Shown piece after piece: positions 55,897 through 64,000 of a DNA stretch of 64,000 bases (within the stretch, counting starts at the first letter, position 1; the number at the start of each line of letters is the position of its first letter). The translations under genes and the position numbers were made by a program. Source of the DNA: an uncultured Alphaproteobacteria bacterium. Its GTDB lineage: Bacteria; Pseudomonadota; Alphaproteobacteria; Rhodobacterales; Rhodobacteraceae. The DNA lies in assembly GCA_902586855.1 (NCBI GenBank), contig CACIIZ010000001.1:54326-118325 (forward strand). Direction: 5' to 3'. The notes below the pieces were generated by a model that saw only the letters and a list, made by a program, of their open reading frames with translations, made no database searches and was not told where the DNA came from.

Positions 55897-57543
55897 ATGA
55901 GTCGAACAAATAAACGCCCAAAAGTTTTGGGAGAATTTGGATTTAAAAATCTTAGCCTACATGAGCAGCAAGAAGTCGTAACTGCTATTCGAAAGGGTGC
56001 TACTAGAAGAGATATCATGACTTGGATGATGGCTGCTGGTGCTACGGCAACAACTGGCGGAGCAATTTTTTCAAGTGGCTCAGAGGTTTGGGCTAATACA
56101 CCAAAACGGGGTGGTAGACTTGTTTGTGCGGGTGACCAGCATGGGCCAGCTGATACTTTAGATCCCATTTTATGTACAGCATCTGTGGATTATTGGCGTG
56201 GAAGGATGTTCTATGGAAAATTAGTGCGTCTCAAAGATGACTTGAGTTGGGAACCCGAGCTTGCAGAAGAAGTGATCGTCAATTCTGATGCAACTAAATG
56301 GACCTTCAAAATCAGAAAAGGTGTGGAGTTTCATAATGGAAAAACATTGAATGCTGATGATGTTGTTTATACTCTGAAAAGACACCTTGGACCTGATACT
56401 AAATCTATTGGTAAATCGCAGATGGATATGGTTTCAGAAGTAAAGAAGATAAATGAATATGAAGTAGAAGTTAATCTGAAGACACCGAATGCTGATCTCG
56501 TGAACTCTTTAGGGACTTTCCACTTTAATGTTATTCAGGACGGTGTAACTGACTTTTCAACTGCAATTGGTACGGGTCCTTACCGTTGTAAGGAATTTAA
56601 GCCTGGTGTCCGAACTGTGGGTACACCATTCGAAAATTGCTGGCATGGACCAGGTTATATGGATGAAATGGAGCACTTTGGAATTGGAGATCCAGTTTCT
56701 CGACTAAATGCATTTTTGGCTGGTGACGTTGACATGATGGTAAATTTACCTGGAAAAGCTGTTAAGGAAGTAGAAGCTGCTGCAGGTAAGGAAGTATGGT
56801 CAATTGAGTCTGGACGTTATACAAGTATAGTGTGCCATCAGGGTGTATCCCCATCCAATAATCGAGATTTAGTTAGAGCTATGCAGCTTTGTATGGATCG
56901 CACTCGGATTGTGAAGGGCGAACTTAAAGGCTTAGGGAGTGTTGGAAATGATCAACCGATCAATAAAGCTTATTTTGATTATAGTCCAGATATCCCACAA
57001 CGTCCTCTTGATTTGGATAAGGCGAAGTATCACTTCGAAAAGTCTGGAATAGGGTCTACTGCTATACCGATTATAGCTGCTGAAGTATCGCAAGCTGCGA
57101 CATTCCAGTGTTTGGCTCTTCAGAGAGAAGCAAAGAAAATTGGAATGAATATCGACGTGCAGAAGGTTACTACAGATGGTTACTGGGGTGCAGTGTGGAT
57201 GCAAGGTTCTCCATTTAATGTAACCACCTGGAATATGAGACCAACAGCAAATATCATGATGACCTTGGCCTACAAAGGTGACTCCAACTGGAATGAAACT
57301 TTCTGGCAGAGTGATAAATTTGACAAAGGTCTGGTTGATGTGCGTGGAGTGACTGATGCAGCTAAGAGAAAGCAAATGTATCATGACCTTCAGATGGACA
57401 TCCATGAAAATGGTGGTTCAATAACTCCGGCACACCTTAACTACACGGATGCTGTAGCATCGAATGTAAAAGGATTGACTCATGTGCCTCTGAATAATTG
57501 GGGCGGGGCAGAAGCCCCTCCATACATTTGGAAAGACGCTTAA
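55897..57543 (+). CDS. ABC transporter substrate-binding protein, family 5 (Dpp/Opp/Nik type), Tat-exported
   Basis: 548 aa with a GGAGGA SD 6 nt upstream. Twin-arginine signal GATRRDIMTWMMAAGATATTGGAIFSSGSEVWA, preceded by a ~35-aa n-region. Confidence 0.85.
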   Translation: MSRTNKRPKVLGEFGFKNLSLHEQQEVVTAIRKGATRRDIMTWMMAAGATATTGGAIFSSGSEVWANTPKRGGRLVCAGDQHGPADTLDPILCTASVDYWRGRMFYGKLVRLKDDLSWEPELAEEVIVNSDATKWTFKIRKGVEFHNGKTLNADDVVYTLKRHLGPDTKSIGKSQMDMVSEVKKINEYEVEVNLKTPNADLVNSLGTFHFNVIQDGVTDFSTAIGTGPYRCKEFKPGVRTVGTPFENCWHGPGYMDEMEHFGIGDPVSRLNAFLAGDVDMMVNLPGKAVKEVEAAAGKEVWSIESGRYTSIVCHQGVSPSNNRDLVRAMQLCMDRTRIVKGELKGLGSVGNDQPINKAYFDYSPDIPQRPLDLDKAKYHFEKSGIGSTAIPIIAAEVSQAATFQCLALQREAKKIGMNIDVQKVTTDGYWGAVWMQGSPFNVTTWNMRPTANIMMTLAYKGDSNWNETFWQSDKFDKGLVDVRGVTDAAKRKQMYHDLQMDIHENGGSITPAHLNYTDAVASNVKGLTHVPLNNWGGAEAPPYIWKDA

Positions 57544-57563
57544 TTCTAAATAATCTTTATTGA

Positions 57564-57593
57564 GGGGGCAGATTTTTTTGCCCCCTATTTTTT
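57564..57593 (+). terminator. rho-independent terminator/attenuator after the SBP gene
   Basis: GGGGGCA-gatttttt-TGCCCCC followed by TATTTTTT. Confidence 0.75.
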
Positions 57594-57596
57594 AAT

Positions 57597-57626
57597 GAAT
57601 AAGTAAGATAATAAGAAAACTTATTC
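57597..57626 (+). terminator. second AT-rich hairpin between the SBP and permease genes
   Basis: GAATAAGT-N14-ACTTATTC, a perfect 8-bp stem. Function is unclear (RNA processing or stability, or an operator). Confidence 0.25.
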
Positions 57627-57651
57627 GCTAATATGCTTTGGAATATTTTTA

Positions 57652-58605
57652 ATGTTTCCCATACTGATAAAGAAGATTGGAGCGGGCCTCTTAACTACTT
57701 TGGGGGTATCAATTGTTATATTTATAGGGACAAATTTGTTACCAGGTGATGCTGCTCAGATCAGATTGGGTCAGGCGTCAACAGAAGACTCTTTGAAAGC
57801 TCTGAGAGAAGAGCTAGGTTTAAATTTACCTCTTTATCAACAATATTTCAGATGGTTGTTTAATTTCGTCCAAGGAGATTTTGGTACCTCCTTAGCCAGT
57901 GGAAATGTGACAATTGCTCAATTAATATCGGACCGATATGAAAATACTCTAATTGTGAGTTCTTTAACTGCAATGATAGGTGTCCCTATTTCTGTAGGCT
58001 TGGGAATAATAGCAGCCATGTTTCCAGGTACACTTTATGATCGAATTCTAACTTTAGGATCTGTAACCTTAGTAGCAGCACCGGAATTTTTTACAGCAAC
58101 ACTAATGGTTTTATTTGTAGTGTTTTTCTTAGGAATTGGGAATGCTGTTGTTGTTGGTTCGATTGAAGACAAAAATTTAGTTGAACTAATTACCCACTTT
58201 ATCTTGCCAATTACCACTCTTTGTTTGGTGATAGCTGCACAACTTATCAGAATGACCAGGGCAGCAGTATTAAATGTCATGAGTTCCCCTTACATTGAAA
58301 TGGCTATCTTAAAAGGCATTCCAAGAAGAAGGGTGGTCATGAGGCATGCCCTTTTAAATGCAATAGGCCCTATAGTAAACGTGATAGCCATTAATTTAGC
58401 TTATGTGGTTACAGGAGTAATTGTGATTGAGGTATACTTTGGCTATTCAGGTTTGGCGACACTCATTGTGCAAGGAGTGCAAACTAGAGACTATATACTT
58501 ATACAAACTTTGGGAATGATATTTTGTGCTACTTACGTGATTTTAATGCTGATAGCTGATTTGTCGTCAATACTATCAAATCCCCGTTTGAGGCATCCTA
58601 AATGA
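57652..58605 (+). CDS. ABC transporter permease (DppB/OppB type)
   Basis: 317 aa, polytopic, in the standard position after a family-5 SBP. Confidence 0.85.
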   Translation: MFPILIKKIGAGLLTTLGVSIVIFIGTNLLPGDAAQIRLGQASTEDSLKALREELGLNLPLYQQYFRWLFNFVQGDFGTSLASGNVTIAQLISDRYENTLIVSSLTAMIGVPISVGLGIIAAMFPGTLYDRILTLGSVTLVAAPEFFTATLMVLFVVFFLGIGNAVVVGSIEDKNLVELITHFILPITTLCLVIAAQLIRMTRAAVLNVMSSPYIEMAILKGIPRRRVVMRHALLNAIGPIVNVIAINLAYVVTGVIVIEVYFGYSGLATLIVQGVQTRDYILIQTLGMIFCATYVILMLIADLSSILSNPRLRHPK

Positions 58606-59531
58606 GTAAATTGAAAAAAAATGAAGATGAACACTACGTAGCTCCTTTTAGTGCGGAGGTAAGTTTTGATGAACTTCAGGATGCTCCGCCAAGTGGTAAA
58701 TTCCGGTTATCAATTACTGGGAAAATAGGTGTTGTGGTTATGGTTTTTTGGATGTTTGTTGCTCTTTTTGGCCAATTTCTGGCACCGTTTGAAGAAAATG
58801 ACTTACCATTCCCAGATGATTATTCAGAGTTCCAAAAACCGAGACCTGGCGCCTGGTTGGGAACAGATGTGGATGATCGAGATATATTATCAAGGGTAAT
58901 GTATGGTGCAGGGAGAACAATAGGTATTTCTCTTGCTGGGGTGATTATAGCTTATATTATTGGCGTTACATTGGGTATTGGGTCCTCTATAGCGGGGGCT
59001 AGAATTGATTTAGCATTGACCCAATTTTTTAATATTATGTTGGCTATTCCAACTATTATGTTTGGCCTAGTTGTTGTAGCAGCTTTGGGGTCCTCAATCC
59101 CAGTATTGATAATCACTGCAGGTGCAATTTTCTCCCCAGTGGTATTCAGGCTTTCGCGGGCCTTAGGAATGGAAATAATGGTCATGGATTTTGTTGAGGC
59201 AGCAAAAGTTAGGGGTGAAGGTTACCGATGGATCATTTTTAAGGAGATATGGCCAAACGCTGCGATGCCCTTGATTTCAGATTTTGGGTTGAGATTTATT
59301 TATGTAATATTATTTGTTTCCAGTCTTAGTTTTCTGGGACTTGGTGTGCAACCTCCAATGGCGGATTGGGGTTCAATGGTCCGTGAAAACCTTGGTGCAC
59401 TTCAGTATGGAGAATCCGTTGTTCCAATTTTAGCCCCAGCAATTGCCATAGCTTCTTTGACTGTAGGCATAAACCTGATAGTAGACGACATTTCTGCACA
59501 CGCGGGTGGAAAATTGTCAGGAAGGCTTTAG
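58602..59531 (+). CDS. ABC transporter permease (DppC/OppC type)
   Basis: 309 aa with an ATGA overlap on the preceding permease. EAA-type loop VEAAKVRGEGYRWIIFKEIWPNA. Confidence 0.85.
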   Translation: MSKLKKNEDEHYVAPFSAEVSFDELQDAPPSGKFRLSITGKIGVVVMVFWMFVALFGQFLAPFEENDLPFPDDYSEFQKPRPGAWLGTDVDDRDILSRVMYGAGRTIGISLAGVIIAYIIGVTLGIGSSIAGARIDLALTQFFNIMLAIPTIMFGLVVVAALGSSIPVLIITAGAIFSPVVFRLSRALGMEIMVMDFVEAAKVRGEGYRWIIFKEIWPNAAMPLISDFGLRFIYVILFVSSLSFLGLGVQPPMADWGSMVRENLGALQYGESVVPILAPAIAIASLTVGINLIVDDISAHAGGKLSGRL

Positions 59532-59535
59532 ATCT

Positions 59536-61212
59536 GTGGAAAAAAAAGTAGTATTTGAAGCGAGCAATCTCTGTATCAATGCTGTGCGGGATGATGGAAG
59601 CGAATTACCAATAGTAAAAGAAGTGAATTTTCAAGTCCGTGAAGGCGAAGTGGTGGCACTAATAGGTGAATCGGGCTCGGGGAAAACTACCATTGCACTT
59701 TCTGCCCTTGGGTATTGTAAACCGGGACTGAAGATTAGTGGCGGTAGTACTTTACTATTTGATCAGGATTTATCTGCAATGAATATTGAGGAATTACGAC
59801 AGATCCGGGGTGAGAAAGTTGCCTATCTAGCTCAAAGTGCTATTGCAACATTTAATCCGGCACTCAAAATAAATGAACAGGTAACAGAATCTGCCGTAAT
59901 TCATGGATCCAAAACACAACCCGAAGCAGATAGTTTTGCTAAAGGTCTTTATGGGGCACTAGATTTACCAGATCCAGATAATATAGGTACGCGATATCCC
60001 CATCAGGTATCAGGTGGGCAGCTGCAGCGGTTGATGGCTGCCATGGCGCTGTGCGGTGAACCATCATTATTAGTTTTGGATGAACCCACAACGGCTTTGG
60101 ATGTAACAACTCAGATTGAGGTTCTTAAAGCTTTCAAGAAAGTCATCAGGGAAAGAGGTGCCGCAGCTATTTATGTTACGCATGATTTGGCAGTAGTTGC
60201 CCAGATAGCAGATAGAATTGTGGTTCTCTATAATGGAGATGTTCAAGAAAAGGGCTCCGCAAAGGCCGTGATATCCGAGCCGAGACATCCCTATACGAGA
60301 CGCTTAATGCAGGCTGTTCGTCCCCTGCCAGCGGCAGGGGAAAAAGCTAAAGAAAATATACTCCCTGACAATGTAATTGAAATAAATGGGGTGTCAGCTG
60401 GTTATGGAGGAGATGTTATGTCTAATCCAAAGGAAGTAATTCTTAAGGACATTAATCTACAATTAGCTAGGGGTGAGGTATTAGGTATTATTGGAGAATC
60501 AGGTTCTGGTAAGTCTACGTTGGCAAGGGTTATTGCAGGACTTCTACCTTCCTTCGAGGGAGATATTCTGTTAGATAATCAGAAGTTGCAGCCGAGGTTA
60601 GAAGATCGGCCTAGGTCAGAATTAAGAAAGATTCAGTTTGTTTATCAAATGGCTGATACTGCAATAAATCCAAAGCAAACGATCGGAAATATTCTTGGCA
60701 GACCACTGGAATTTTATCTAGATATGTATGGATCCAAAAGAAAAGATAGAGTTTTGGAATTACTAGAAATGGTAGAATTGCCAAAAGAATTTTATACTAG
60801 ATTCCCACACGAGCTCTCAGGGGGGCAAAAGCAGAGGATCAATTTAGCAAGAGCGCTAGCTGCTGAACCCGAGGTTCTTCTGTGCGATGAAGTTACCTCG
60901 GCTCTAGATAGTATAGTAGGAGCCAATGTTATTGAGCTTCTTAGAGGATTGAGGAAAAATTTAGGAGTTTCTTTTGTCTTCATCAGTCATGACCTATCCA
61001 CTGTTTCAGCATTTGCCGATACCATTGCTGTCATGTATAAGGGTATCATTGCAGAAACTGGTACGGTTCATAAGGTTCTTTCACCTCCATCACATCCATA
61101 CACTGATTTACTGATTTCTTCGGTTCCAGAGTTAAGAGTTGGGTGGCTTGAAGAGGCGGACAAAAATATCCAAGAAGCCAAGAATAAATTGGAACAAGGG
61201 AACTTAACCTGA
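59536..61212 (+). CDS. fused double ATP-binding-cassette protein (DppD-DppF type)
   Basis: Two ABC modules: GESGSGKTT / VSGGQLQR / LLVLDEPTTALD and GESGSGKST / LSGGQKQR / VLLCDEVTSALD. The GTG at 59536 (GGAAGG upstream, 5 nt after the permease stop) is preferred over the track GTG at 59506. Confidence 0.85.
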   Translation: MEKKVVFEASNLCINAVRDDGSELPIVKEVNFQVREGEVVALIGESGSGKTTIALSALGYCKPGLKISGGSTLLFDQDLSAMNIEELRQIRGEKVAYLAQSAIATFNPALKINEQVTESAVIHGSKTQPEADSFAKGLYGALDLPDPDNIGTRYPHQVSGGQLQRLMAAMALCGEPSLLVLDEPTTALDVTTQIEVLKAFKKVIRERGAAAIYVTHDLAVVAQIADRIVVLYNGDVQEKGSAKAVISEPRHPYTRRLMQAVRPLPAAGEKAKENILPDNVIEINGVSAGYGGDVMSNPKEVILKDINLQLARGEVLGIIGESGSGKSTLARVIAGLLPSFEGDILLDNQKLQPRLEDRPRSELRKIQFVYQMADTAINPKQTIGNILGRPLEFYLDMYGSKRKDRVLELLEMVELPKEFYTRFPHELSGGQKQRINLARALAAEPEVLLCDEVTSALDSIVGANVIELLRGLRKNLGVSFVFISHDLSTVSAFADTIAVMYKGIIAETGTVHKVLSPPSHPYTDLLISSVPELRVGWLEEADKNIQEAKNKLEQGNLT

Positions 61213-61325
61213 TACAGCTTACTGGCTAGGCAATATTTCAATTAAGAGCCGGGTACAGTTTCTAATTTGAGGTTAGCATCAAAAGTCTGAAAGAAAATAT
61301 ACAATATCAGAGCATCGTCTTTTTA

Positions 61326-62222
61326 GTGATAGGGGGGTTTCTTCTTGCTTTTCAGGATTGCTTGGTCAAATTTTCTGCTGAGGGAACATCTTTCTGGCAG
61401 TTCCAGACATTGAGATCGGGTTGTAACTTTTTGTTATTAATATTGGTTCCATTATTTCTGAGTATCAAACTCACTGTCCTAAAACCTATGAATATTCCAA
61501 AGGTAGCCTTCAGGACAGTATTTTTAATATTGTGCATGTTTTGTTTTTTTTGTGCTGCACCTGCACTCACTTTTGCCCAGATGGCAGTTGGTTTATATAC
61601 CTATCCAATCTTTGTAGTAATATTTGCTGCATTCTTACTTAACGAAAAAATGAATTATCTAAAGATTAGTGCACTATTCTTGGGTGTTTTGGGAGCAGGG
61701 TTGGTCTTAAAACCCTGGGCAGTGGACTTTTCAAAGTTTCAGATGTTACCGGTTTTTGCTGGCTTTTTTTATGCATGCAATTTATTTGTTTTACGAAAGT
61801 ATTGTTCGAACGAAAGTCCGTTAGCAATGACGTTTGCTGTGGCAATTGGTTTCATGATTTCTGGATTACTTGGTGGATACGTGGTTGACAATTTTATCTT
61901 GGAGGATGCTTTAAAGGAGAATATGCCATTTATAGGGATCGGTTGGCCTGATCTTACCAGTTTTACAATAGCTATTGTAGCCGTCGCTTCGTTATTCAAC
62001 CTTTCAGGAAACCTGTGCCTCGTTAAAGCATACCAAACTTCTGAAAGTTCATTCTTAGCCCCATTAGATTTTTTATACCTCATTTTTGCCCTTTTTTGGG
62101 GCAAAATCATGTTTGATACTTTACCAGATTTAATGGGCCTTTTAGGTATCTTTTTGATTTTATCATCAGGTGTTGTGGTTGCATTTCAGGCAAATAGAAC
62201 AGGAAATAATATTGTGAGATGA
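61326..62222 (+). CDS. EamA/DMT-family transporter
   Basis: 298 aa with about 10 TM segments and a GTG start. Confidence 0.7.
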   Translation: MIGGFLLAFQDCLVKFSAEGTSFWQFQTLRSGCNFLLLILVPLFLSIKLTVLKPMNIPKVAFRTVFLILCMFCFFCAAPALTFAQMAVGLYTYPIFVVIFAAFLLNEKMNYLKISALFLGVLGAGLVLKPWAVDFSKFQMLPVFAGFFYACNLFVLRKYCSNESPLAMTFAVAIGFMISGLLGGYVVDNFILEDALKENMPFIGIGWPDLTSFTIAIVAVASLFNLSGNLCLVKAYQTSESSFLAPLDFLYLIFALFWGKIMFDTLPDLMGLLGIFLILSSGVVVAFQANRTGNNIVR

Positions 62223-62304
62223 CGTGTTTTTTATTTGAAGTAAAAACCAACATAAACAAGAAGAATATGGACTATAATATTTAAAATTATACTAAGTTTT
62301 TAGC

Positions 62305-62321
62305 ACTGTTTTGGAAACAGT
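62305..62321. terminator. short AT-rich hairpin between convergent genes
   Basis: ACTGTTT-tgg-AAACAGT, a perfect 7-bp stem between the DMT gene (plus strand) and the CoA-transferase gene (minus strand). Weak. Confidence 0.2.
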
Positions 62322-62354
62322 AATGGATATGGTAGATTAATTCAGCAATCCTAT

Positions 62355-63479
62355 TTATTTGAATTCGGATCGTATGCTTTCTCCATGATCATCAAGTTCG
62401 GGAACTTTATCAGGAGTTCCAGTCTTAGTCTTGACGGGTAAGGCTGCTAGTGAGATTGGAGTGTCTGCAAAAAAGGCCTGTTCATTTCTTAAAAATTTGT
62501 GTTTTGACAAACTATTAACATCGTTTAGTTGGGCATTTGCAATTCCAGCATCATCTAATTTCACTTTAACTGCTTTCAGGGTCATTCCACTGAATTTTTT
62601 GGTAATTATGCCATCTAGTTCGAGTCTATTTTTGTATCTCTGAGGATTATCAAAAAATTTTGGATTATGATTTAGATTTTTGTCCTCAAGTATTTTTTCA
62701 CAAAATGCCGCAAATTCCCGGTTATTCTGTACGGCTAGTAAAATCTGTGCATTATCTCCACAGTTGTAAGCACCATATGGAGCAATAAATGTATGTTTCA
62801 AGCCACTTCTTCTTGGTCCTCCCCCCATATAACGATGTGCCAAGAGAGGCATATTCATCCAATCTGCCAAGACGTCAAACATTGAAATAGAGAGACGAAG
62901 ACCTGTATTAGATTTTGATCTTTGAATTAATGCTCTTAAAATCGCAGAGAATGCTGTAAGGCCAGTTGACAGATCTGTTATGGAAATACCAACTTTTGAG
63001 GGACTTTCTTCAGTGCCTGTAACAGAACACAAACCGCTTTCAGCCTGCACGAGAAAATCATAGGCCTTTAGCGATTTTGCTTCTTTTTTTTCTCCATAAC
63101 CTGTTATTTCGCAAGATATGAGCCTGGGATTTATCAAATTTAAATGATGATGTCCTAAACCCAGTTTCTCCAGTGAACCCGGGGTAAGGTTTGACAAAAA
63201 GATGTCAGATTTTGCTAGAATTTTTTCCAGGAGCTCTTTCTCTATGGGATCTTTAAGATTCATTGCGATGGACTCTTTGCCCCGATTGAGCCAAGCAAAT
63301 ATGGTGCTTTTCCCGTTAGCTCCGGTATCATAAGATCTTGCAAAGTCGCCTTCGGGTCTTTCAATCTTTATCACTCGAGCGCCTGCAGCGGCCATTAAGA
63401 GACTACAGTATGGCGCAGCCACGGCTTGCTCAAGAGAAACTACCTGAATTTCTGAAAGTTCATTGTCTAAGTTTATCAA
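62355..63479 (-). CDS. family III (CaiB/BaiF) CoA-transferase
   Basis: 374 aa with IQVVSLEQAVAAPYCSLLMAAAGARVIKIE and GISITDLSTG. Confidence 0.85.
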   Translation of the reverse strand: MINLDNELSEIQVVSLEQAVAAPYCSLLMAAAGARVIKIERPEGDFARSYDTGANGKSTIFAWLNRGKESIAMNLKDPIEKELLEKILAKSDIFLSNLTPGSLEKLGLGHHHLNLINPRLISCEITGYGEKKEAKSLKAYDFLVQAESGLCSVTGTEESPSKVGISITDLSTGLTAFSAILRALIQRSKSNTGLRLSISMFDVLADWMNMPLLAHRYMGGGPRRSGLKHTFIAPYGAYNCGDNAQILLAVQNNREFAAFCEKILEDKNLNHNPKFFDNPQRYKNRLELDGIITKKFSGMTLKAVKVKLDDAGIANAQLNDVNSLSKHKFLRNEQAFFADTPISLAALPVKTKTGTPDKVPELDDHGESIRSEFK

Positions 63480-63913
63480 AAAGATACTCCAAAACTACAA
63501 TTTTTTTACTGCTTGAAGTCATTTGAGCTAAGTTGGAGTGATTTTACAAGTATAAAAGAGCTACTTTCTTCAATTCTCTTACCCCAGTTTAATAAAGGAA
63601 ATTAAGACCCATGTATGCTGCGGGAGATCAGTTGCAAAAAGATTCTAAAATTCGTAGATCATTCTGCTAAGTATTTCTTAGTTCCTCTAGGTTTGAACTT
63701 ATCTTTAGTTCTTGAAAGAGTGGTTTTTAGACTCTTGCATTTCCACCCCTGAAATAGCCTTTGAAAGAAATTACCATATGCAATGATTCAAAAGTTATAT
63801 TATGGGAATAGTTGTGATAAATTAAATAGCCATACTGCACGTTTTTTTTATCAAGCACTTGATTTGATGGAAATGCTCCAGAGGGGCTGTTTCAATATAT
63901 AAGGAGTATAATA

Positions 63914-64000
63914 ATGTTTTATGTGAGTACAACGTGGAAACACCAAAAAAAAATAGATCACGAAAAAATGCGTAATTTGTTGGCAAGTTTCAAAGGAACA
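63914..64000 (+). CDS. start of an unidentified ORF running off the window end
   Basis: AAGGAG SD at 63901-63906, 7 nt before the ATG. Translation MFYVSTTWKHQKKIDHEKMRNLLASFKGT... stays open to the window end. Too short to classify. Confidence 0.3.
   Translation, partial: MFYVSTTWKHQKKIDHEKMRNLLASFKGT

Noticed and set aside
56932-57405. 157-aa ORF antisense to the family-5 SBP gene
   Set aside because: It lies entirely inside a strongly supported gene on the other strand. It has no SD, an odd Cys/His/Ile-rich composition and no recognisable domain. This is a typical shadow ORF.
1-64000. CRISPR arrays, prophage/defence islands, IS elements, integrases, tRNA/rRNA genes
   Set aside because: No regularly spaced repeats, no transposase-, integrase- or phage-like ORFs, and no tRNA-like T-loop or acceptor features appear in any spacer over 100 bp. 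The window looks like core or accessory metabolism rather than a mobile element.

Overview
Dense 64-kb window, almost entirely protein-coding, about 40% GC by eye. The gene content looks like a marine proteobacterium with SAR11-, Roseobacter- or SAR116-style methylated-amine and C1 metabolism, but the taxon cannot be fixed from sequence alone. I saw no rRNA, tRNA, CRISPR array, transposase or integrase. Layout: (1) 1-4.8 kb holds an inositol-catabolism fragment (iolC-iolB) flanked by aldo/keto reductases, plus a decayed SsuD-like monooxygenase remnant. (2) 4.9-12.6 kb is a minus-strand operon of soxB-soxD-soxA-soxG (or the homologous mgdABCD), then fhs and folD, which oxidises methyl groups via methylene-THF to formate. 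(3) 12.7-15.1 kb carries a GlxA/AraC-type regulator, a class-I glutamine amidotransferase and a GntR/FadR regulator. (4) 15.2-23.2 kb is a tightly packed eight-gene plus-strand operon: a SoxB-like flavoprotein, an unusually long glutamine-synthetase-like ligase, mgsABC/glxBCD-type N-methylglutamate synthase, a 137-aa unknown, a C-N hydrolase and a 192-aa unknown. (5) 23.2-31.6 kb carries tmm, a betaine/TMAO-type ABC importer (tmoXVW-like), a small cupin and tdm. (6) 31.7-33.3 kb carries an ammonium transporter plus an unannotated 57-aa membrane ORF. (7) 33.5-39.8 kb carries an EamA transporter, a MOSC protein, a second GmaS/GlnT-size GS-like enzyme, a flavoprotein-oxidoreductase::SelD fusion and the tRNA 2-selenouridine synthase. 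(8) 39.9-63.5 kb is an acyl-CoA-centred catabolic island with four family-III (CaiB/BaiF) CoA-transferase homologues, CaiA/CaiD-like enzymes, an L-carnitine-dehydrogenase-like enzyme, a BKACE, an ADP-forming acyl-CoA ligase, an aldehyde dehydrogenase and a Tat-dependent Dpp/Opp-type ABC importer. It also holds a divergent five-gene operon: RidA, hydrolase, CoA-transferase::flavin-reductase::extra-domain fusion, AA_synth-family protein and LLM monooxygenase. The best candidates for undescribed biology are that five-gene operon with its tri-domain fusion, the extended GS-like/mgsABC operon with its orphan flavoprotein and two unknown proteins, and the possible gamma-butyrobetaine/carnitine-type CoA pathway. 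All functional calls rest on motif recognition and gene context by eye, with no database search.
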